Source: a virus (Duplodnaviria > Caudoviricetes). Taken from it: a stretch of DNA of 26,896 nt. Every line of letters starts with the position of its first letter. The first letter of the stretch is position 1. The DNA is taken from IMG/VR virus record IMGVR_UViG_3300017705_000016, positions 1 to 26,896 of that record, one strand, 5' to 3'. Positions 7,492 through 15,246 of the stretch are shown here, in pieces. The notes beneath the pieces are model-generated. The model saw only the letters and a list, made by a program, of their open reading frames with translations, was not told where the DNA came from and searched no databases. Position numbers and translations under genes: made by a program.

Positions 7492-7492
7492 G

Positions 7493-8067
7493 TTATTTAC
7501 TCCTCTTGATAGTTGCTCTTTGTGAGATGAATGCGCCGAATAAATCCAGCGGGACGGCGTCACCCGCTTCTACACGCTCCCGCAACCACGCCTTCAAGGT
7601 CATTGGTTCAACCTTCTGGAGTTGGTCCGGAGCGTATCCTTGTGAACCACACAGGTTCATAAATTCCTTGGCCGCAGAATCTTCCCCGCGCCCAAACGTC
7701 ACAGTGACGTTGTTCTTTACCAAGTCACCAACTCATGGTCGCGCAGCCACTCAAACGCCTCATCGCGCCGGTCCTTGGGAATGGACGCGGAGTAGATCGG
7801 CTTTATAGATATTTCGGAGCCATCCGTCAGAGTGAACTTCTGCAAGCCCATTTCTTCCAGTGCTTCCGGCAACTGCTCGTCGGTGATTTTGTGCAGAGCG
7901 GCCTTCGTATCTTTCATCGCCTGCTCTTGCTTTGCCAACAACTGCTCAAGCTCTGCTGCGCGATTGGCAAGCCCGGACACGCCGTCGAGTTGGCCGTCGT
8001 TGAGCTTGTCAATGTTGTCGGATTGATCGACCCCGTCAGAGGCCATTTCGGAAATTAAGTCGCTCAT
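7493..8067 (-). CDS. Conserved phage replication-module protein (gp33-like, about 191 aa), split into two ORFs by a 1-nt frameshift near 7730
   Basis: ORF 7717-8067 ends AFEWLRDHELVTW* and ORF 7493-7723 continues (L)VKNNVTVTFGRGED. Adding one T gives a continuous AFEWLRDHEFGDLVKNNVTVTFGRGED. AAGGAG SD before ATG 8067. Confidence 0.75.
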
Positions 8068-8098
8068 GATAACTCCTTATTTGTTCGTTATTCGATGG

Positions 8099-8127
8099 TT
8101 GACTAAACCAGCGATTTTGTTTATATG
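8099..8127 (+). promoter_or_regulatory. Putative rightward promoter TTGACT-N17-TATATG for the SNF2 helicase unit
   Basis: Good -35 at 8099-8104 and a weak -10 at 8122-8127 that overlaps the leftward -10. Confidence 0.35.
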
Positions 8128-8148
8128 GGTATTTATTAGACATTGCAA
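8120..8148 (-). promoter_or_regulatory. Putative leftward promoter TTGCAA-N17-TATAAA for the replication operon
   Basis: Lies in the AT-rich divergent intergenic region 8068-8161. -35 at 8143-8148, -10 at 8120-8125, exact 17-nt spacer. Confidence 0.55.
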
Positions 8149-8161
8149 GAGAAATCTTGGT

Positions 8162-9604
8162 ATGCCCGAATTTAAATTTAAGACCCAACCCTACGCGCAC
8201 CAGAAGGAAGCCTTCGACGCGAGCGCCGAGAAGACGAATTATGCGCTGCTTATGGACATGGGGACGGGAAAGTCAAAGGTAGATTTGGATACAACGGCGT
8301 ACAACTTTGAAGAAGGTCGTATAGACTTTGCACTTATGGTGGCACCCAAGGCCGTGGTAGCCAACCTTGCCAGAGAGATTGAAACGCATCTTCCGGAGCG
8401 CATACAAAGAGAAGTAGTCATCTGGAAGCCTAACCTGACAAAGGCCAAGAAGAAAGAACTTAACGATCTGTCGCAGCGAGATCCCGCTACCCTCAAGTTT
8501 TTGCTTATGAACGTCGAGGCCTTCAGTACAAAAAAGGGATTCGAGATTGCCGAGTTCTTTGCAGAGCGGTTCAAAGTGTTTATGACGGTTGACGAATCTA
8601 CAACTATCAAAAACAGAAAAGCCCAACGGACCAAAACCCTGTGCCGCATAGGACAGAAGTGCGTCATGCGTAGGATTCTTACCGGCTCTCCTGTTACGCG
8701 CAGTCCCATGGACCTGTACAGCCAGATGGAATTCCTGGACCCCAGGATCCTTGGCTTTAAAAGTTACTTTGCATTCCAGGGCCGTTACGCCGTTGTGAAG
8801 CGACGGACCATGGGCGCTCATTCGTTCAACCAGATTGTCGGCTTCCGAAAGCTGGAGGAGTTGACCGAGAAACTGCAAGAGCACTCATACCGCGTTCGTA
8901 AGGAAGACTGCCTGGACCTACCCGACAAGGTCTACATGAAACGCGAGGTCGAGCTTACAAAAGAACAGACCTCGGCATACAACCAGATGAAGCATTTGGC
9001 ATTAGCACAACTGGACAGTGGTGAGTTGTCCACGACGCAAAACGTTTTGACACAGATTATGAGGTTGCAACAGATATGCTGCGGCCATCTGACAGACGAC
9101 GACGGTACGATTCATCAGGTAAAGTCCAATCGTTTGGATAGCCTGTTGGATCTTTGTGATGAGATACAGGGTAAGGCGATCATATGGGCGACATGGACCC
9201 GGGACATTCGCTCGATTACTGAGGCCCTGCGAGACCGATTTAGCGTACCATCGGTCTCATCGCTCCACGGTGAAACCCCTGATTCTGAGCGTCAACAGAT
9301 CGTGGAATCCTTCCAGGATCGACAATCAGAGTTACGTTTCATCGTGGGGCATCCTCGCACAGGAGGTTTTGGCCTGACGCTTACCGCAGCAAACACCGTC
9401 GTATATTATTCCAATAGCTATGATCTGGAGCTTCGGCTTCAGTCAGAGGACCGCGCACACCGGATAGGCCAGACTAACAAAGTCACATATATAGACATGA
9501 TCTCCCCAAGCACGATTGACGAGAAGATCGTCAACGCCCTGCGGGGTAAGATTAAAATTGCGGATCAGATAATGGGCGAAGACGCTCGGAACTGGTTAAA
9601 ATGA
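8162..9604 (+). CDS. SNF2-family (SF2) helicase/ATPase, 480 aa
   Basis: PYAHQ Q-motif, LMDMGTGKS, VDESTTIKN, LTGSPV, GGFGLTLT and QSEDRAHRIGQ. Likely start is ATG 8162, because the upstream extension runs through the promoter region. Confidence 0.93.
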   Translation: MPEFKFKTQPYAHQKEAFDASAEKTNYALLMDMGTGKSKVDLDTTAYNFEEGRIDFALMVAPKAVVANLAREIETHLPERIQREVVIWKPNLTKAKKKELNDLSQRDPATLKFLLMNVEAFSTKKGFEIAEFFAERFKVFMTVDESTTIKNRKAQRTKTLCRIGQKCVMRRILTGSPVTRSPMDLYSQMEFLDPRILGFKSYFAFQGRYAVVKRRTMGAHSFNQIVGFRKLEELTEKLQEHSYRVRKEDCLDLPDKVYMKREVELTKEQTSAYNQMKHLALAQLDSGELSTTQNVLTQIMRLQQICCGHLTDDDGTIHQVKSNRLDSLLDLCDEIQGKAIIWATWTRDIRSITEALRDRFSVPSVSSLHGETPDSERQQIVESFQDRQSELRFIVGHPRTGGFGLTLTAANTVVYYSNSYDLELRLQSEDRAHRIGQTNKVTYIDMISPSTIDEKIVNALRGKIKIADQIMGEDARNWLK

Positions 9605-9627
9605 TATACATCGAGAGGAGCTATAAG

Positions 9628-10125
9628 ATGTTTGACAACTACGTGTGGGACCACCGGTTCCCGAATGAAAAAGATCATTTCAAGTCGCAAAAGCAAAAAG
9701 ACAAGCAGCTTGGGATTTGGAAACGCAACGCGAGGATTCTGCAAGAATACAGGGAAGGATTAAGCGCCTTAAATCTTTCCAAGAAATATGGTTTATCCTT
9801 ACACTGGACAAAAGTAATTTTGGCACGAGAGGAGCGTTTACAGAATTATTTGTCCAGTATCCCAAAGGAAAAAGTGACCGTGTCAGATTTGGGTCCTTTT
9901 CGGTTCCGAACCGGAAGATGCTTGGCAAACGAAAACTTTTTTCATCTGCCAATCGAAGAGTTCTATCAATCTCAGAACGCCCGGTCTCTTTTAGGAATAC
10001 CCAATTTTGGCAAAAAAAGCCTGCATGAAATAGCCTTATGCTTAAAAAAAGAGGGTTACGATATAGAAAAGTTTACCCTACCCCAACCGTCCTCATCGTG
10101 GATTGGAAAAGATCCGGATTGTTGA
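9628..10125 (+). CDS. HTH (Mor-like) plus RNA polymerase alpha-subunit C-terminal-domain-like fusion protein
   Basis: N-terminal part RNARILQEYREGLSALNLSKKYGLSLHWTKVIL is HTH-like. C-terminal part VSDL...RTGRCLANE...LLGIPNFGKKSLHEI resembles alpha-CTD (VDDL..VRSANCLKAE...LLKTPNLGKKSLTEI). Start is ATG 9628 (GAGGAG SD) or 9601 (ATGA overlap). Confidence 0.8.
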   Translation: MFDNYVWDHRFPNEKDHFKSQKQKDKQLGIWKRNARILQEYREGLSALNLSKKYGLSLHWTKVILAREERLQNYLSSIPKEKVTVSDLGPFRFRTGRCLANENFFHLPIEEFYQSQNARSLLGIPNFGKKSLHEIALCLKKEGYDIEKFTLPQPSSSWIGKDPDC

Positions 10126-10131
10126 TCAGAT

Positions 10132-10581
10132 TTAGACTAGATCGGTCCAGCTACTGCCGTCGAAGACGCGAGCCGTCCGTCTTAATTCCTTATCTATATC
10201 GTAGCTGCAATGCACCCAGCCACTGGAGGGTTGACCCTCTTTGTAGAACTCCAAAATAAGCTGGTCGTAGTCGCAGTTCTCTCGAACCCACAACGCTACG
10301 TCTTTGTTAGAGATCCCAGGCACTTCAAAGTCTACGGCCTTGCCCATGGTATGCTGAGACTTGTCCGAAGATCCAATGGCGCGGTTTAGCTCCAGACATC
10401 GGAACCCGCTGTTGGGTATGAACGGTATGCCGTAATGGTTACGGACGGGTTCCAGAATGTTGTCGCAGACAAGGATGAGGTTTTCTATCTCAGCCTCGGA
10501 CGGGTCATTGGCAATGCCCCGGCGCTCCGCCGTACTGGATTTCGTTAGCTCACTCAAAGAGAAGTGGTCAGATAGGTTCAT
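10132..10581 (-). CDS. Peptidase M15A-family zinc metallopeptidase, probable endolysin
   Basis: LSDHFSLSEL, SGFRC..LN.AIG...SQH..GKAVDF and WVHCSY supply the H-D-H zinc ligands. Last gene of the late operon. Confidence 0.9.
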   Translation of the reverse strand: MNLSDHFSLSELTKSSTAERRGIANDPSEAEIENLILVCDNILEPVRNHYGIPFIPNSGFRCLELNRAIGSSDKSQHTMGKAVDFEVPGISNKDVALWVRENCDYDQLILEFYKEGQPSSGWVHCSYDIDKELRRTARVFDGSSWTDLV

Positions 10582-13500
10582 CCAACCATCTGCCTCGGCT
10601 TGGGACGCACCGACATTATGCCGCCTTTATTCGCGAAGAGCGGTAGTCCCACCTGTTCAAGTCTAGCCAAGGTTTGAGGCGACGCTTGCGACGCGGCGGC
10701 GGGTTGTTGCGGCGGAGATATTGGCGCGGCGATATTAACATTATTCAAAGCAGACGCGGGGGAAGGAGCCCGCATAGGTAATTCAGCGAACTGGCGCGGG
10801 GCGAGGGCTGGCTCGGGAGCAACCTCTGTAATGGGACCTATTACGGGAGGTTGTAACGCCTCTGTAGTCATAGGATCCCCAAGTTCGTACAGGGCTCCAG
10901 GAGTTTGAACCGGAACATTACGAATGCGTTGTAGGTTTTTGTCTATAAAGTTGGATCTACCCCATAATAGCAGGCGTTTAAGCGGTCCTTCTTTAATAGT
11001 GGGTGATGCAATCGGATACTTTTCTATTGCAGCCATACCCAGTTGAGGATCCATCAAAAAATCAAGAATCAATCTTTGGACGGCTTTTCCTCTCAGGTTT
11101 CCTAATAGACCTACGGCAGTTCTACGACCTACACCAGCGGCGATTAGCTGGCTCATCACGCCCGTAGCATTTGCAATTCCGGTTCCCACCATGCGTCCTA
11201 TATTACCAATAAGCTCCGTAGACATGGCGTCCTGTGGGCGCACCCCAGTTTGAGCAGAAGGTCCAACAAAGGTTTGTTGTTCCGCGCCTTCTGCAAATTT
11301 TCTAAGAACGGCGGGAGCGTGTTCCCCATAAAGATCGTTTAACAACCGTGCCATAACAGGGTTATCAAGCATGTTATTAATTTTGTCCGGATCCCAAAGG
11401 GTAACTTTTTGGCCTCCTAAAGAAGCAGAAAGCTTTTGAGCTTCTTTACCCATTGCCGTGTTGTCGGCAGAGGATGAAAGAGATCTTTTAGTAACAGCTT
11501 CGGCAACAGCAAGTCTAAATCCATCTAAAGCAGAATTAGTTCCATCTTCGTTTTGGCCTTTACGGAGAATTTGTAAAAAGGACTCTAAAAATTGTTTTGG
11601 GTTCTTGTTAGAAGGCGATAGATAAGAGTCTAAAAATTGTCTTCCCATTACAGCCGGATCAGGCTCATTTAAAAAATGAGCCGCAGTTAATTTTGCGCTG
11701 TTCTGCGCTTTAATCTCTTGGACAGAAGATTTAAAAGCCGCTTCCGTAAAACCTTCGTTAAAAAGATTGTTTTTTCGCATATCCGCAACAACGAGATCTA
11801 ACTCATCCGCAGCTACGTTGTTTAGACGGTTAATCAGTTTTTCTGCGGAAACTAGATCTTCAAATCCTGTTGCGCGGTCTCCAGACGACTTGTTAAGCCA
11901 ATCAATTGCGGCCTTGTTATCGTCAATAAATTTCTGGGAACTTCTTTCGTTAAATCCGTTTTCGTTTAACTTTTGAAACCGACTCCATAATGTTTCTTGC
12001 ACGATAGCTATATTTGCAGGAGTGGGTTCTGTGCCGTCCACTACCCGAAATCCAAGAGACCTTCCACCAGTAGGCCGGATAGATTCAAACGGGGGAGGCG
12101 GTTGCTCAGAATATTTTGTAATAGAGAATTCTGGATCAAATCGGATAACTTCTGATCCATCATCTGCAACCGTAACACTAAACGGAGTGTTTTCTCCCGT
12201 TACTACAGGGGTTAAGGCATTTTCAAGTTCACGAAGACGAGTTTCTTGCAAACCTGTCTTTCGGGCTGTTGCAGGCGGAATCATCGCGTCAACAGTTTGT
12301 TCAAAATCAACTCTAGGTCTTCCAGATCTGTCGAAGCCTCTTGCCGCTCCCATACTTCCTTTCTCAAAAACATCCTTTTTGAGCGCCGTCATCTTTCTGG
12401 CTGCGTCTAGAAGATCTGTGTTTAAAGAGAAATTTTCGGGGTCCGCTATAGCCCGTTGGAGATCACTGATCATTCCAGAAATAGCTCGCACTTTAGAAGC
12501 GTTTCCGGAAGACCCTTTTCCTTGTTCAAAAGCCATTTCTCGTTTTAAATGAGAAATAACGTTTTGAATTTCTTGAGGTTTCCGACCAACAGTAACGCCG
12601 TCTGCCGTTTTTACACCCAGCGCACTTGTGTCGGCTATTTCATCAACAAGGTTGACCTCTGCACCTTCGCTGGTGACCTTGGCACCCATCGTAATATCTA
12701 GGTCACCCTGTTCTCGGGCAAGACGGTTCCTAGCGTCGTTTAGCTTGTCCAACTCACGAAGGTAAATGTCGTCTTGCTTGTTATATGCCTTGGCATCTTT
12801 TTCAGATAAGTTCTCTGGGCGAATACCTTGAAGGCGGGCTCCCTCCGCCGTAGCCACCAATTGAGCCCTTTCTCTATTTAACTCACCTAGTTTTCTGTCG
12901 ATATAAGCAAGATCAGAATCAAGGGAGGAGCGTTCTCTCCCTACATGTGGTAGGAACGGATCCTCTAACCCTCTATCCGCCAAATCTTGCCGAGTGTCAA
13001 AATCTTTTGATGCGTCGCTTCTTTCTCTATAAAGGAGACCTCTTTCGTTATAAAAACGCTCCATCTCGGCGTCTATTCGATCTAATTCTTTTTGGTTTCC
13101 TTGATTTGCTACCTCATCTAGTTTCTCTTTCTCCCGCGCTACGATTGCGTCCTGAGTGTCAAGCCGCCTACGCAAATCGGCTACCCGATTTTCTTGCCGC
13201 GCAATCTTCTCGCCATCTGGGCTCTTTGCCGCCTGCTCTAGCAACGCGGCGCGGCCTGCAAGTTTCCAGAGCCATTTGCTTTGGTTTTCAGCATCGCCCG
13301 CATCTAAAGCGGCAACCTTTGAGGCAAAGTGTTCGCCTATAGGAACCCCATCAACAAGAACTTGAGGTCCCAAATCTTGACCATCTGGCGTGGTGTGTAC
13401 ACTAGATTTTGGTGTGTTAAATCCTTGAATGCTGTTCCAAAGAACATCCTCAAGAGCGTCCATGTGCATGTAAGAGGCGTCTATCTCACGCCGAATCATT

Positions 13501-15242
13501 TCATTAAAGTTAGCTCTTTCCGCAGGAGGCAGATCCGGAGCCATCGCTTCACGAATCTTGGCTACCTTTTCGAGAGTCATTTCAAGAACTCTGTTTTGCA
13601 GCGCATCCAAATTTTGATTTAAACCGCTGTAAACGTCTTTAATTGACGAAAGAGTTTCTTCCGTAACGGCTCCGGCCCGTCCTTCTTGTATGGCACGAAG
13701 CCTGTTCTCCATATATTTGTATGTTCCGGTTCCTTCTCCTAGCTCATAATCTCTGGTTACAAGGGCCGAATCCACGCCTTCAGAAGAGGATCCTCCAACT
13801 AACTTTTCAAATTTAAAAATAGCTTCGTCTATGCTGCGGAAGAGCATGTCTCTATTGTCCATCGTTCGATCTGAATAACGGGCATACGCTTCAGAGCCTA
13901 AACCGGAATTCCCATAAATAGTAGCAAGTTGCCCTTCTTGGAAGTCTCCAAATCTTCGGAGTTCTTCGATACGAGTTTCTGCCGCAGCTATTCGTTCTGC
14001 GGGAGGAGGCGATTTACTTGCTAAAGCTTCATCTAGTTGTGCTCGTAAGATTCGTGCTTCTGAACGGGCCAATTGAGGAAGAGTGTAAGCAATTCTGGAT
14101 TCTCTATCCATACCTCGCCCTTCCGATAACGCTAATTTTAAATGCCCGAGAACATCTAAAACGCCTGCTCTGTCTCTATAATCACCGCCCCACCTTTGTA
14201 TGGCACGGGCCGCAGCCTTGTCTGCACCTTTAGGTGTGATTCCTTCCAGAGCGCCGGAAAGGAACTTAGGAGCCATACTTACAACAGGAATATTAGAAGC
14301 TACGTCCCAAACTGTATTAGCCGCCGTCATTCCAGCGACGGGCGTAACAAAACCGCCGCCTGCGGCAATTAAGCTTTTAGCCCATGCGGGAGCACCGGGC
14401 CACGTTTGTTCTAACGCCTCTAAGGAACCCACCATTCCGGTTCCAAAGCCAATTCCCATGGTTGTCTCTAAAGCCGCCGCTTTCTTTGGGCTTGTGTTCC
14501 ATAGTTCGGAAAGTGCTTCGTACACCTTTTCTGTAGTTGCATTCCCTCTTGTTTTTGCTAAGAGACCTACAAATTCTGCAATAGCCTTGCCTTCAAGGGG
14601 CGCGGCACCTGCTATTTGTCCAATTAGAGAAACGTATTTTTGAGCCTTGGTCCTTTCGTCTGGCGTAAAGTCGAATTGAAAGTAGTCCCTTACCAAATCA
14701 CCTGCGCCTATAGTTTCTCCAGCAGCAACAAGAGCGGGGTTTACAATGTCCGCTCCAGCTTGAAGCTGTCGCGTAAGAAACTTACTACCACCGATAGGTT
14801 CTTCAGACGACAGGTAACGGTTACCCCTAATAGGAGTATCGAACCCTCCAGTTCGTGCCGCGTTGACCCCGGCATCGGCAACCTCGAATACCATGTTTAC
14901 TAGATCTACAGGGGCTCCAAAGAGGCCTGCGGTGGAACCTTTAGAAATCGCTGGTATAAGGGTCTCTCCAAGCATTTCTTTACTGAAGACATCTACTTCA
15001 GGGGGACCTCCTGCCGACCCTCTAAGGTTATAAAGCGTAGATCCAAGCTGTCGGTATGCATTTGAATCCGTATCTGATACATTCAAAATGCCTGATCGGT
15101 CTACGGCAACCGCAGGTAGCGTGACAGGTTTTCCGTCAACGGTTGCCTCATAAGAAAACATGTTGGGGTAATCCGCATCCGGAGTTCCGGAATCCGCATC
15201 AATAACAACATCACTGTATTGAGGATGAGATACAGGGGTCAC
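10578..15242 (-). CDS. Large putative internal virion / DNA ejection protein (1554 aa)
   Basis: Large size, position downstream of the tail genes, helical and coiled-coil character, Gly/Ala-rich hydrophobic segments, no Cys. GTG start with a GAGG SD. No catalytic motif recognised. Confidence 0.7.
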   Translation of the reverse strand: MTPVSHPQYSDVVIDADSGTPDADYPNMFSYEATVDGKPVTLPAVAVDRSGILNVSDTDSNAYRQLGSTLYNLRGSAGGPPEVDVFSKEMLGETLIPAISKGSTAGLFGAPVDLVNMVFEVADAGVNAARTGGFDTPIRGNRYLSSEEPIGGSKFLTRQLQAGADIVNPALVAAGETIGAGDLVRDYFQFDFTPDERTKAQKYVSLIGQIAGAAPLEGKAIAEFVGLLAKTRGNATTEKVYEALSELWNTSPKKAAALETTMGIGFGTGMVGSLEALEQTWPGAPAWAKSLIAAGGGFVTPVAGMTAANTVWDVASNIPVVSMAPKFLSGALEGITPKGADKAAARAIQRWGGDYRDRAGVLDVLGHLKLALSEGRGMDRESRIAYTLPQLARSEARILRAQLDEALASKSPPPAERIAAAETRIEELRRFGDFQEGQLATIYGNSGLGSEAYARYSDRTMDNRDMLFRSIDEAIFKFEKLVGGSSSEGVDSALVTRDYELGEGTGTYKYMENRLRAIQEGRAGAVTEETLSSIKDVYSGLNQNLDALQNRVLEMTLEKVAKIREAMAPDLPPAERANFNEMIRREIDASYMHMDALEDVLWNSIQGFNTPKSSVHTTPDGQDLGPQVLVDGVPIGEHFASKVAALDAGDAENQSKWLWKLAGRAALLEQAAKSPDGEKIARQENRVADLRRRLDTQDAIVAREKEKLDEVANQGNQKELDRIDAEMERFYNERGLLYRERSDASKDFDTRQDLADRGLEDPFLPHVGRERSSLDSDLAYIDRKLGELNRERAQLVATAEGARLQGIRPENLSEKDAKAYNKQDDIYLRELDKLNDARNRLAREQGDLDITMGAKVTSEGAEVNLVDEIADTSALGVKTADGVTVGRKPQEIQNVISHLKREMAFEQGKGSSGNASKVRAISGMISDLQRAIADPENFSLNTDLLDAARKMTALKKDVFEKGSMGAARGFDRSGRPRVDFEQTVDAMIPPATARKTGLQETRLRELENALTPVVTGENTPFSVTVADDGSEVIRFDPEFSITKYSEQPPPPFESIRPTGGRSLGFRVVDGTEPTPANIAIVQETLWSRFQKLNENGFNERSSQKFIDDNKAAIDWLNKSSGDRATGFEDLVSAEKLINRLNNVAADELDLVVADMRKNNLFNEGFTEAAFKSSVQEIKAQNSAKLTAAHFLNEPDPAVMGRQFLDSYLSPSNKNPKQFLESFLQILRKGQNEDGTNSALDGFRLAVAEAVTKRSLSSSADNTAMGKEAQKLSASLGGQKVTLWDPDKINNMLDNPVMARLLNDLYGEHAPAVLRKFAEGAEQQTFVGPSAQTGVRPQDAMSTELIGNIGRMVGTGIANATGVMSQLIAAGVGRRTAVGLLGNLRGKAVQRLILDFLMDPQLGMAAIEKYPIASPTIKEGPLKRLLLWGRSNFIDKNLQRIRNVPVQTPGALYELGDPMTTEALQPPVIGPITEVAPEPALAPRQFAELPMRAPSPASALNNVNIAAPISPPQQPAAASQASPQTLARLEQVGLPLFANKGGIMSVRPKPRQMVG

Positions 15243-15246
15243 AACG

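Noticed and set aside
7492-7563. Extended starts for the SSB-like gene (7563), and likewise the helicase (4911) and NDT-like gene (3270)
   Set aside because: Each extension overlaps an upstream gene, and a downstream start with a better SD exists.
464-8058. Numerous plus-strand ORFs of 60-165 aa opposite the replication genes
   Set aside because: They are antisense shadows of well-supported minus-strand genes, with no motifs or convincing SD.
8066-8161. N-terminal extension of the SNF2 helicase given in the ORF track
   Set aside because: It crosses the divergent promoter region and the SD of the opposite gene. The conserved sequence begins at MPEFKFKTQPY (8162).
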